Below, piece by piece: positions 51,987-64,000 of a stretch of DNA of 64,000 nt. The notes under the pieces were generated by a model. That model searched no databases, was not told where the DNA came from, and worked only from the letters and a program-made list of their open reading frames with translations. The DNA is taken from the NCBI RefSeq assembly GCF_006345805.1, contig NC_043000.1, positions 61,566,001 through 61,630,000 on the forward strand, read 5' to 3'. The position numbers and the translations under genes are program-made. Every line of letters starts with the position of its first letter. Position 1 is the stretch's first letter. This DNA is from Octopus sinensis. Lineage: Eukaryota.

Positions 51987-52550
51987 ATCAGAATGAATAT
52001 TTAACATTCTACTATTTCATTTTATTTTATTCAATTATAATATATTATCTTATAATATATCATTATAAGATTGTAAATAAAACGTGAAAATCAGACAAGG
52101 TTGGAATTCTTTTTATTAATATATTCTTCTATACACAATCACACACACCATATATATAATATATATATATATATATTATATTATATACATACGAAAAGTA
52201 AGGTATGTTCAGATCTTTTTTACATCCTAGAATAGAATATGCAATTTAAACATCATAACTGTAATGTAATCGATTTTATATTATGAAGCAAAGTTCTGTT
52301 GCGTGCGAAATTTCAATTAATTTAACTGCATTAAATAAATTTCGAAGAATGTATAAAATATTGCATTATATTTTTAAAGATTCTTTTGAAACAACTTACA
52401 AACTATATTCTATTTTGGGTTGTTGTTGCTGGTATTATTGTGATTTAGTCAACGGTTAGGCCTGATCGAATAGATATAGATCAAAAGTAATCTATGTATA
52501 GGGGTATATATGCGTGTGTGTGTGTATGTATGCATATGTATGTATGTGTG

Positions 52551-52614
<64 letters not shown>

Positions 52615-52779
52615 CATACTATCACACATACATACATACTACATTGATACATATAAATATATATATATATATGTATATATGCATAATTACATGAACAGAG
52701 TCTGACATATCTGCAACTTGCAAACGAGTGTGGCTTGGTTTTACGTTCTACTTTTTAGCCAGTTTCTTTCGATGCCTAC

Positions 52780-52995
52780 AACGCAGTGGGACATCCAGCA
52801 TGTAACTGCTGGAAAGGCAGGTGATTTCACCAGCAATGGGCTGGTACTTATTTTTTCCTGAGGTGATGGGAACTGTGTGAAGCAAAGTGCCTTGCTCAAT
52901 CATAGATTCTACTACTTGGTATGGAAATCGAATTCGCAACCTTTCTTTATTATTCCGGCAGCATACCTGTTAGCCTACTAATAGACACGCATTAA
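52780..52995 (-). mobile_element. Decayed SINE-like element
   Basis: Minus strand has gaattcgatttcc B-box-like motif, ttgagcaaggcacttt core and aataagtaccag. Confidence 0.5.
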
Positions 52996-53481
52996 TAGAC
53001 ACTATATATGAAATTTACCAAAAGAAAGAATTTTTCCTCCAAGGTAGCCGCTGTGAACTTGCCTCTAAAAGTTATAATATACCAAACATATTTTCATTCA
53101 CTAAAGTTCTTTGTACTGTTGCTGTTATATTTATCCCCAAAAAGCGGTGCCATAGCGCAACTTAGTCATTAATGTTGACTCTTTTAGTTTAGGTTACTGC
53201 TTTCAATCTGCCCTTGGTTGTCTTTCTTCGGTATTTCCCATTGAAGAAACTTAAAGAGCCAGAAAATGGCCGCCTGAGAATCGAATAGGGGAAGCACTGG
53301 GCAGATATTGTATTTTTACATCATTTACCCTAAGCGAGAATTTTTCTTGTCACGGTTACTGCGATGAATATGTCACAAACATATTTTGATTAACCTGAAA
53401 TCATTTTATTCTTAATTAATGCTTGGCGCTGATGCCGTTACGCATATTTTGTGTATGTATTATATATAAGAGCTACTTATT

Positions 53482-53690
53482 GGTTTCAAATTTTTGACAC
53501 GAAGCCAATACTTTTGGGATAGGGGTAAGTCGACTGCATCGATCCCAGTGCTCAAATGGTACTTTATTTTAGCCGTCCCGAATGGCAACGACAACCTCAG
53601 CGGAATTTGAACTCAGACGGTAACGAGGGACGAAATACTGCCAAGTATTGTGCTCGGATTGCTAACGATTCTGCTAGTTTGCTGCCTTTG
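53482..53690 (-). mobile_element. SINE family B with 15-bp TSD (1 mismatch)
   Basis: Colinear with the 20444 copy; taagagctacttatt 53467-81 / taagagctaattatt 53691-705. Confidence 0.85.
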
Positions 53691-56600
53691 TAAGAGCTAA
53701 TTATTAAAAACTGGTTGAAATTGAACTTGCCTTAAATGCCTTATTTTCTAATTGCGTGGTTATTGTTATCGAAAATGCCTTTGTGATCTCAACTATTTTC
53801 TCCTATACTTATATATGTTTGTTAATTGAGATCAGTACGGGTCTGACCCAAGGCCTTACATTTTCGTAGTAAGATATCTTCCAATATTCTAATGCTTTTG
53901 AAACTGGCATATGTCTAATATTTTTACACTAGTCTGAAAACAGGCAACCATCGACCTATTTAAGAAAAGGAATGTTACAAGAATTTCGGATGCTGCATGA
54001 AATTTATCTCATTCTCTACATTTAGAGTTCTAATCTTGATCCTGTCAACTCTGTATCTTTTCCATAAACAATTTGTATCCGCTAATAGAAATTAATGTTG
54101 ACGATAGAACAATGCAATATTCGATTCCAATTACTAAGCTAACTGCCATTGATTTCAATCTTACATCTTTTCTTATGAGAAAATAATAGATGAAATAGTT
54201 TGTTCTGTTATTTTTCTATTGTGAAATATTTCGTGCTTGAAACTAAAACATTTGTCAATTTCCTGAAACTCTAAAACTTCGCTAGTGTCTATACTTGTCT
54301 TTACATTAAATAAGAGTAGGCGCCGTAAATTACTAACCAACAAATATCGTAGTACCAGAATACCTGACCCTCACTACTCCTTGTCAACACACTAAACTTC
54401 CACTTCCGTCTAATATAAGTTAGAACAATTGTCGTTTTGTGTATGTCGTTCTCTTCTTTATACCATTCATCATTATTTCTTTATTCACTCTGTTTGTCAT
54501 TCTCTCTTGTTATCAAAAGTTTCTATTCATTCATCTTCTAATTCTCGCTTCCGATATTAATTTTATTTCCCAGCTCTTTTTGGTTTCTTTTCAGTTAATG
54601 TTGCATCTTTGTTCTATTACTGTACTTTCATTCTCGCTGTTTGTAAATCTAAACATTTTCTACGTCTTTCTCCTTTTACATTCAATTTTACATTCAATTT
54701 GTTTATCTCTGAAAAATTTACCTTCACACTTCTCTCTCTCCCTCTCTCTCGCTCCCTCCCTCTCCCTCTCCCTCTCTCACCTTGTCTTTTACTCTCAACT
54801 TCATACTTTTAAATTGCGCCAGTTGAATGTATAATTATATATTTTTCTATCCGAAAATTTGGTTTGATTCGATGCCATTACAAATAGGAAAAATTATATA
54901 ACGATAATAACATTCTTCACAATAAGTACAATTGTTCTCCGTATTAATACTACAGTATTTATCAATTCTCTATCTTTATAATATGAAATACATTTTCAGA
55001 TCAACAATTAATTGGCACCTGTGTATATTTTATTTGCTGTTCTACTTTTGTTCATTTATCTCTCTGTATAGGACAAATGAACAAGATTTGATTATTGAAA
55101 ATATTTTACGGTAATGTATTATTTTAATGTATTTTCTTTATTTCCGGAGTATATGCAATCTTTATATAAAGAATGATGATATGGGAAAGACGGCAGAAAC
55201 TTATTCTTTTACAATGACAGCTTTACAATTTGACTATATTTATTTGAAATATACACTAATAATATAAGCGAAGAATAAGTCACTGCAGGGAAAACGAAAG
55301 AAAAATAAATATTAGTCATTTTGTTTCTAATAAGTAATTCGTAAAATAAGAATACTTTTACTATTGAAAAAATATATTTACTATCTTATATAACCTAATT
55401 CCTTATATTGCTGTGATATTTCTTTTTCGCATGTTACAATGCCGGACATTTCCTTTATCTGTAGACCACGAAATTTTCTGTATTCTGTATTCTGTATTCT
55501 GATCCAGATCTGCTAGTTTGGAAATAGACTAAACATATATTCATATACACCCGTATTATCCATGTTTACGTTGATTTTCAATTTTCTTAAACGTTTCTGA
55601 TAGACCGGCTTGATTTTAACACTCGTTGCCCTGCTTCATGTCGAGCTTCATATTCTATTGTTAAACGTTCAGATTGACTCTCTCGGTGTTACGGTGCTCT
55701 TATTGTGTCGTATTCACCATCTTTTGGGAATTTAGTTATTTTCGAGCTTGCTTCTGTTTTTTGTATGATAGATTTTGTATTTACATTGTACTTTGGTTGT
55801 TTTAGATTCTTTTGTGAAACTTCCAGTTGTAGGTGATAGAAAATTTGTTTCTGTGTCTTCACTTGTTTTATTTTCAACATGAAGTTATTTCCTCCCAGTT
55901 TTTGAAATCCTCTTATCATTTATAATGCGTGTCCATGCATTCACAATAGTGTTTGCATTGATATTTTCTATACAAGACACATTCTCTTTCTTAATGTTCA
56001 CGTGTTTTTCGCATAGAGTTAATGTGCGATAGGGATGTAACAATTTTATGTCGTATTCATGGATCAGGGATTCTTTTATAATTTTGTCTGTAAGAAAGTC
56101 ACGTCTCAGTTTAGAGTTAAACTTGTGAGAAAAAATCGCTTCTGAATCACACACTATATTATTTTAGTAAACATACCATTTAAAATCCATAATATCCCTG
56201 GACTAGTCGATAATATTTTGTTGTTGATTAAAATACCTCTGGACTTGTTTTAACATACTATTGATTTGATTTTGATTGTCTTTGCCTTAATTTCTATTCA
56301 AAAGTTTGTTCCAGCATATTTTTCTTTTGTTTAAAATTTATCGATTCTGTATTTCGTTCTCCTTCTCGTATATACGTTAAACTCTGAATTTTGTACGTTC
56401 TCATCTTGTGTGTAATACGCTAAATGTTATGTAAGTAATGTACATTTTATTTACAGGGATCATTCGTTATTTTTTTTTTTGCATATATCAAACAATTTCT
56501 TCCACACTTATTTATCCAAAATACTAATCAAACTTTGAAAAAAATTAGGCTCTTTTAAAATTTTATACCTGTTACTTGAAAAAAATAAACTGGAACTGTT

Positions 56601-56929
56601 TTAATTTTGGTTGTTATTGGATTTGATTTACATTTAACAAATATATTCACAGGTCCATTTTGTTATTGTGCCCAAAGCGGAATTCTACTATTGATACAAA
56701 TTATCTTCATGAAATAAGAGCTAGTTGAGCACTGTAGTCGATGATATCGACTAGCTCCTTCCCACAAAATTTCAGGCCTGGTGTCTATAATAGAAAGTAT
56801 TGTAATGACTTTATTATTATTGAAGCAAAGTTCAGGTTTGGTCTTATTCCTGGTAGGATTTATGTGGGTAGCGGATTACTACCTGTAACCTTAGGTATCC
56901 ACACGTTTACGGCAGTTTTATCGTCATCA

Positions 56930-56968
56930 TCACTATTATTATTTTTATTATTATTATTATTATTATTA

Positions 56969-57009
<41 letters not shown>
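56930..57009. repeat. (TTA)n array
   Basis: Direct reading; 3' tail/target of the adjacent LINE fragment. Confidence 0.95.
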
Positions 57010-57011
<2 letters not shown>

Positions 57012-57300
57012 TAGTCTTCATTTTTACACGTGCTTTCACTGCACTACTGAGCGCAGCTCTGTGTGCCTTGGGTATGTGCTGTGGGTTGTCGTGATGCTCT
57101 TATTTTTACTGTATTGAAAGTGTTTTACGTAGGCTGTGTGCGGTGCTTAGTTGTGCTATTTTCTGTATGTTATATATACTTGTTAGTCTTGGTGTTTTTG
57201 TTCTATATTTGGCTGAATATTTTTTATCATACCTAATGCGCCTACTATTATAGGAATTGTTTCTGCTTTTAAACTCCACATTCGAGTTACCTTATTTCCA
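57010..57300 (-). mobile_element. R4/Dong-type RLE LINE 3' fragment (subfamily 2)
   Basis: VTRMWSLKAETIPIIVGALGMIK, IQKIAQLSTAHSLRKTLS*, short 3' UTR, then (AAT)n. Confidence 0.8.
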
Positions 57301-57302
57301 TG

Positions 57303-57373
<71 letters not shown>

Positions 57374-57408
57374 TATTATTATTATTGTTGCTGTTGTTGT
57401 TGTTATTG

Positions 57409-57440
<32 letters not shown>

Positions 57441-57444
57441 TATT
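57301..57444. repeat. (TTA)n array with (TTG)n patch
   Basis: Direct reading. Confidence 0.95.
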
Positions 57445-58440
57445 GTCTTTGCACAGCTTCTAATGCTGGAGATGTACTACGGTCTCAGCTGTTCACTACC
57501 AGTGAACTAAGGTAACACTTCTTATTTTTCGAGCCCCATCCAGAGTATTCGTGCGGCTCCAAACAATGCTGTTTCCTGCAAATGCTCGACCATTATTGCG
57601 GCCCGTATTTGTTCAATGTATTTCGGAAGATTTTTACTCATTGTTTCCAGGGTTCCGACATGTATTAGCACTACTACCACCTTTTTCAGTGACTACAACT
57701 GCTTAATCTCTCAAGATAAACCTGTCTTATCTATCGACTTTTCTTTCTTCCTTATCGCATACCTTGTTGTCACCTGCGCATGTTATATCTATGATCCAAC
57801 ATCGTTTCGTTTTTTTCTCAATTAACACTATGTCTGGTTTACTATACTCTATCTCATGGTCGCACTGAATCATAAAATTCCGGAGGATCTTTGCATTATC
57901 ATTTCGATGATGCATTCGGGTTTATGTTCGTACCACTTTTTCGCTTTGTGAAGTCCATATTTGTTGCAAAATGTCCAATGGACAATCCTTGCTTTGTTGT
58001 CATCACGTCTCTTATATTCATTCTGGGCTAGCAGCCACACAGTCTACGTAAAACTGATAATATGCCATATGGTTTCACCATTTTGTCTACAAATTTAGCA
58101 CTTATCACTTTCTGATGTGTTGTCTATTCGGTATTTGATGTAATTGGTTTTTAATGCTTGCACAAATTAGAGACTCAGTTTCCTGTTTTAAATCACTTTT
58201 AGTCACGCATAGCCATCTTTTTTCTGTGTCTGTCTTATTTTGAACATCTTTACGAAGTTTTCCATGCATTCTTTTCTTTATCCACTTATTTTCAGTTTCA
58301 TTCATTCTTAAGTGCTTGTACAGAGCTTTATCGTAGCAATCTTCCATCCTACACAAGCGTGAGCTTCTTACTTCCAATAATAGCGGTTCTGTGGCATTCT
58401 TTTACATTTCATGCTATGTTGTTTTCTTCTGCTCTAATGC
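57445..58440 (-). mobile_element. R4/Dong-type RLE LINE 3' fragment (subfamily 1), decayed
   Basis: W..KRMHG, LKQETESLICA, KC*ICRQNGETIWHII (CCHC knuckle), YKRR.DNKARIVHW, KILRNFMIQCDHEI..KPDIV..IIDI (RLE), stop at 57522-24, (AAT)n tail. Confidence 0.9.
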
Positions 58441-58948
58441 TGGGGTAAAATATACGAAGCCCAGTATTCCCATCATGACCTCCCGTCTGATAAGGGTACA
58501 CTTGGCACATACCTCACTACCACATGTGCGTGACATGGTGATCTCATATCAAGATAAATAGCCCAAGACCTTGCAGGTGGGGCCCAGTTAGAATTTTCTT
58601 CAGGTCGAGTAACCATCTCGCTCAAAAAGTCCCTGAATAAGGGTTGTTTAAGGATGTTGAACGAAACACCCATGTTTCCAGAGGTGAATTATTCAAACCC
58701 CAAAGAATCCCTCTCAACATATGGCTATGATGCTCCCCTACTACTTCAGCTTGTGATAAAAAATGCACATATTGTCAGCCACTAGGGGAGATGCTCAACA
58801 GGTTATGGTCAAACAACTGACAAGCAAATCTGTGGTATTGAGCAGAATATTTGCTGTAGCCCATCTTTTATAGCAAGACAAAACAACGTACATGATAACA
58901 CTTCCAATCAGTTCAGATCAGAAGCCATGAGAGCCACTGCCTGGTACT
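58441..58948 (-). mobile_element. About 500-bp non-coding repeat-like segment fused to the R4 fragment
   Basis: GC-richer non-coding block between (TAC)n and the LINE coding sequence; family identity is inference only. Confidence 0.45.
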
Positions 58949-58957
58949 GCTTTAGGG

Positions 58958-58991
<34 letters not shown>
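58949..58991. repeat. (TAC)n microsatellite
   Basis: Direct reading. Confidence 0.95.
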
Positions 58992-58994
58992 GAA

Positions 58995-59215
58995 AAGGCG
59001 AAGTATCGTAACGCGTCGGACAAACTATTAGCAGCATCTCAACCGACCTTTTACATTCTAAGTTCAAATACCAATTCCACTGAGATTGAATTTACCAATC
59101 TTCGGAGTCTATAAGATAAGTAGCAGCTGATCACTGCTGTATATGTAATAGACTAAATCCCTCTCCACAATTTCAGCCCTTGCGCCTATAATAGAAAGGA
59201 TTATTATTAATATTC
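58995..59215 (+). mobile_element. SINE family B, decayed
   Basis: ttctaagttcaaat..ttcggagtc..ataagtagcag..atttcagcccttgcgcctataatagaaagg. Confidence 0.65.
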
Positions 59216-59571
59216 GTTATCAGCTGAGATTAAATGCTTCTAAAATCACGTATTCTTCCTATACTTTGGGCTCCATAAATTTAAAGGAGTCGTTTACTAA
59301 TGTGTATATAAGCAATCAATCTTTATCCTCCTCTCCAGGAAATTATGACTATGTAGTAAATGTCATTAGTTAGTATTATACATAATTCCGGGTTTGCGTT
59401 TAGCCTTCTGTCGTGTGTGAATAGATAACTGAACAAATTTGGAGTCAGCAAGAAAGAGTACGGTTGGACATTTATTTTCTCAATCCCTGCAATTGTTTCA
59501 ACGCGATGTAGTTCTCCAGACGTACAGGTACGTGATTATTCAGCCGTTTCCCTGCATTATGAGATCTCATA

Positions 59572-59602
<31 letters not shown>

Positions 59603-59604
59603 TA

Positions 59605-59775
59605 AAGTATATTTGCCACTTAATTGTGGCTAACCACTCAGTTTGGCTGCTACTGTAGCTTTTAGCCCCAGGAGAACATCATCTCCAGCTGGCTATTGAC
59701 ACACTTTCTGTGCCCTATCAGCTGCAGTAGCATCCACCTTTAGTAGTTAGCCACATTTAGGTGGCAAAAATACTT
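59605..59775. repeat. Small fold-back / MITE-like element with 34-bp imperfect inverted ends
   Basis: 59605-59638 vs rc 59742-59775 (30/34); inner IR gctactgtagct / agctgcagtagc. Confidence 0.75.
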
Positions 59776-59823
59776 CACATTGTCGTGCAGCTACTGTTTA
59801 TATCTTGTTCAGTGATTTAGTAT

Positions 59824-59857
<34 letters not shown>

Positions 59858-60157
59858 CATATAGTAGAAATATGTTACGAAAAGAAAATATAAAATACAC
59901 GTGGAAATTTAAGGGTAAAATATGAAAAATCAACAAAAATGCATATTGCAAATAGAAAAAGGCTATTTATGACAGGTAGCGACAAATATATACATTTAGA
60001 ATGACTGAGGTAGTAATACGAGTCATAAAGGTCATTATTATGAGATGATTATAAGATGATAATAAAGTAAGAGAACAAAACGAACCAATAGTTTACGCAA
60101 AGCTATTCATCCTTTTGATGCTATGTTGTTTTCTTCTATATATATATATATGCACAC

Positions 60158-60247
<90 letters not shown>

Positions 60248-61135
60248 TCGTATATACAAATATATATGCATACATACGTTAGGATACGTTTGTGTGTGTT
60301 TGTATGAGTGTGTGCGTTTGTGTTTGTGTGTATTATTCCACTCAATTTTTTTACCTTTTGCCAAAAGTTTAATTGAATAACCATAGGAGACAATTCAATC
60401 GACTAATAATATAGTTAATAATTCCTTCATTATTTGAGACGCTGCAATCTCCCTGAATCTGACGTACAAATGACAGCAGCTAACACGTTGAATTAGATAT
60501 ACGTCATCTAACTCTCTAGTGTATTAATCCGCTTGTCTTATAAGTCACTAATTAAATTCATCGATATTCAGAAAAATAACATTTAATGATTTTATCGAAA
60601 TGAAGTATGCAATGCTTTGGCAAAGTTTGCAATGTTCGAAAACTTGAAACATTTGGACGTATGTCAAAAACTAATATTTCCATGGCAGTATATCATAGAA
60701 AATACCGTGATCTGAAGTCGAATATATACATAAACGCACATCTTTAATTGACGGAAGGCAACATCTGTTAATTCCCATAATTTTGTCTTGCCTCACTCAA
60801 TTACCTTCATTCAAAATTGCTTCCACATGGTAGTAAGTGTGGGAGAGGAGGAAAGCACAGAACAACTTCCTAAATGTATTTTGCTATTTAATTCTATTAC
60901 TATACATTGTGAACTGGAGTACCACTATGTTCGATTTTGCGTTTGATCAGTTCCGTTTCATAATTTTGGAAACGCAGGTAGTGCTAATGCAAAGACATAT
61001 TCTGTACGACCGTGATAAACACTTTAATATCGAAGTAAATGCGAAATAGATTAACTCCACAATTCTGTTTTGATTCTGGATTCCAATCAAACTTCTCCGC
61101 GTTATAAATGACTTAGTAATATAGGCATATATAAG

Positions 61136-61225
<90 letters not shown>

Positions 61226-61859
61226 TATATACATGCATATATGGGTACTGGATATCACCAACCGTACAAACAACATGAAATACGGAAGAAAACAGGTTAA
61301 TGTTAAAAACATAAACGAGATAAAAATGGGGAACAGGATAAGTAAACACAGAGAAAGGACACTTCATCAATTGTAGGCTGCCTATCTACTCCTCATTTCT
61401 ACGCTTATCCACGTTATAAATGAGACTGTAATATATGCATATATAAGTGTTTATATTACGGAGATGTACTTGCATAGCAAGTGACCTGATCTGAGGTCAT
61501 GTGCTGCAACGACAACAATTGCAGCGTGGAAGGTGTTTATAAGTCATTTAAGAAACACACAAAAACCGTTAGATTCACTTCAACATTTAAATTTAATTTG
61601 CCAGTGTGTTAGTGTATATATATGTATATATATATACATACATACAAACATGCAGATATGGGTACACGACACCACCAACGGTTCAGGGTTTATGACGTGA
61701 CGTATAGATATTGTATATTGAAAATAATAAGGTAGTCAGATAGTTAAATGATTATATTTTTATCTATATTTTTAGCGATTTATCAAAAAAATGGTTTATA
61801 CTAAGTCTGCATCGCCTTTTTAACTTTTTCTATAAAATTGAGACTGATGATGCTTTAAA

Positions 61860-62150
61860 AAGAGAGAGAGGAGGCGGAGAAGAAAGAGAGGAATACATTA
61901 GAATGGAATGTGTGGGGTGAGAATAGGAGGAGAGAGTGGGAGATAGGGAAGATAGAGAAGAGAGAAGAAAGTAGGAGTGTTTTTTGCGTTTTGCGGAGGA
62001 AGGGAAAAGAAAGCAGAAAAAAGCTTGAGAAAGTGGCGTGGCTTTTGTATCAGTGTGGTCAAACTTGCTTGATTAGGATTCGATTTTTTTTTCTTTTTAG
62101 TGATCTTTTGGGTGGGGAAGGAAAGGATTTTTTGTATTGAAGTGGTCGAA
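61860..62150. repeat. Purine/GT-rich low-complexity tract
   Basis: Direct reading. Confidence 0.7.
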
Positions 62151-62812
62151 GTTTTTAGTTTGAAGATCAAATGTTTTTGATTTTCTCAAGTAAGAATTGT
62201 AGTTATATTTCTTTATAATAGGTTTGATTGTATAACGTGGAAAATATTTTTCACACTTTCCCAGCTTATATGTTTCCGTAGATTTTACTTTTTTATTTCC
62301 AAAGGCAGTAGACTTCCGTTATAAAACTGTAGAAAGGATTAACATTTATTACACCTAAGTATGTTTCTAGTGTAGAAGAATTTTCAACAAATTCTGAAAG
62401 GTAACAGGTAGACTTTTATAAGACGGGTTGTTTTATAACATCTTAACTACACAACCACACATACACACACACACACACACACACAGAGGCATATACACAT
62501 TCACACACAAATATATACGTATGGTGCTGACTGATAGAGTCCTTTATGAGTCGGATGGAATGCTTTGCGGTACTTTGCAATTTCTGTGCCAGAGTCTAAA
62601 GGCCTCCGGAATAATCCCTGCCTTTAAGGTTTATAAAAATAGTACCAATTTAGAACCATGGATTCGCAGTTTTGTGATGTATTGTAGTATCTGTTCAGAT
62701 AACGTGCGCCTTGAGTTCAATGGAAAATAGCGGCCCTTGCGATATTGAGCAAAACTATGTGCATGGTACGGGAGTTCTTTAAGAAAGTAGAGAAAGGAAA
62801 TTAGCGGGGCTT

Positions 62813-62846
<34 letters not shown>

Positions 62847-63108
62847 ATATTGATAAAAACGGTGAGATAACAAAAGAAAGAAAGAGACCTCGATATATAC
62901 ACCTACCGAGTCTTCACAAAGGAAATGAGAGAGGAAAAAGGAAAATGTTCTGCCTTTTTGAAGACTATGTAAATATTTACAAAACTTTTCATTTTTTGCT
63001 CGATTCAATTGCTTTATTCTTAATTAATATCCACCTTCGTTTTACGCTTAGTTGAAAAAGTCTAAAAGGTGAAACCGGTACTAACCGTTAAAAATGTATT
63101 TCATGATA

Positions 63109-64000
63109 TTAGGTTGTCAAGTATAAAATTTGTAGAAAAGAAAAAAGTTTGCTAATGTTTTACAAATGCAAGAAATAGTTTTATTCATCAAATTATTCAC
63201 CCATACTGTCAATCCACTTTTTCCATTTCAGCGGTAGCTTTTCCAGCCCTGAACTGTAGCACCCTGGCAATCTAGAGTCAATAAAATCTTGGAAGGCCTG
63301 TTTTACAACATCGTCGGAATAATTTTCTTTTCCTATCAAAACGTTATCCAAATTCTGGATGTTGTGGTAGTCAGTGGGGGCACGATCAGGTGAGAATGGT
63401 GGATGATGGAGAACTTCCAATTCCAACACCTGTAGTTTCGTAAATGTGTGGTCTGGCGTTGTCTTGCAATAAAACAGGAGTTTTATTAGTCTGTTGACTA
63501 ATCGCGGCTGTTTTTGTAAGTTTCTGCATCATTTGGTCCATGTGGCTGCAGTATACTTTGACTGTGATTGATGATGATGTGAAATCATGATGGCTAACAG
63601 CTGCGCCAGACCACAAAGCACACACCATCAGCTTCTTTTGATGAATTTTGGTTTTTGGACTGTGTTTTGGTAGCTCTTCTTTGTCCAACCATTGTGCTGA
63701 ACATTATGGCTGCTGTATTGGATCCATTTCTCAATACATGTTACAATTCAATTCAAAAATGATTCATTTTTGAGACGAGAAAGTAGCATAATGCTGTTTC
63801 TGATTTTCCTTGAGTTCATGTGGAACCCACATATCCAACTTTTTTTCTTTACCGATTTGAACTAAGTGAGTCAATACTGTTTGCTTGCTAACATCAAACA
63901 ACAACGATATTTCACGGGCACTTTGAGATGGATCTGACTTGACGGTGGCTTTCAGTTCGTCATTATCCACTTTTGTTTCTGGTCGACCGCGTTGCTCATT
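63109..64000 (-). mobile_element. mariner (DD34D) transposon remnant, running off the window end
   Basis: WVPHEL, PKTKIHQKKLMVCALW, LLQDNARPH, HPPFSPDRAPTDYH; TA + ttaggttg TIR-like start at 63107-63116. Confidence 0.92.

Larger units (their letters stand above)
47891..52158 (+). mobile_element. PLE copy C: full-length unit, Neptune-like
   Basis: ORF from ATG 47922 to TAA 51441 broken by small indels, followed by the pseudo-LTR and (TA)n. Confidence 0.95.

Noticed and set aside
42811-52158. Interpretation as an LTR retrotransposon or CRISPR-like repeat system
   Set aside because: No gag, protease, integrase, PBS or TG..CA ends, and no spacer-repeat array; RT + GIY-YIG identifies a PLE
55560-56330. 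Coding-looking minus-strand stretch (ORFs 55689-55919, 55885-56154)
   Set aside because: Possibly an ancient TE remnant, but no recognisable motif; needs blastx
62683-62696. tgtagtatctgttc, identical to the U2 snRNA branch-site recognition region
   Set aside because: Only 14 nt; the flanks do not match U2 stem-loops; compatible with chance

Overview
AT-rich eukaryotic DNA dense in microsatellites, with no recognisable host protein-coding gene, rRNA, tRNA gene or CRISPR array. The SINE and microsatellite content looks like an octopus genome (inference from recognition; no search run). Most listed ORFs are microsatellite translation artefacts. The real content is mobile DNA. (1) A ~9.3 kb Penelope-like element (PLE; RT + GIY-YIG, Neptune-type Cys linker) arranged as inverted partial / direct partial / full-length copies (42811-52158), flanked by (TA)n. 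Its pseudo-LTRs carry three NF-Y boxes, a TATA-like box and a non-canonical minimal hammerhead ribozyme (HHR). (2) A perfect 505-bp palindrome (39579-40083) carrying a canonical-core type I hammerhead on each strand. (3) A complete but decayed Tc1 element with DD36E spacing, a pogo/Tigger remnant and a mariner fragment. (4) Two R4/Dong-type RLE LINE 3' fragments stacked in (AAT)n arrays. (5) A second decayed PLE family. (6) At least three tRNA-derived SINE families, several with clear TSDs. (7) Several fold-back structures. The leading candidate for an under-described system is the pair of hammerhead-bearing, (TA)n-inserted, inverted-duplicated retroelements: the autonomous PLE and the short palindromic ribozyme element.
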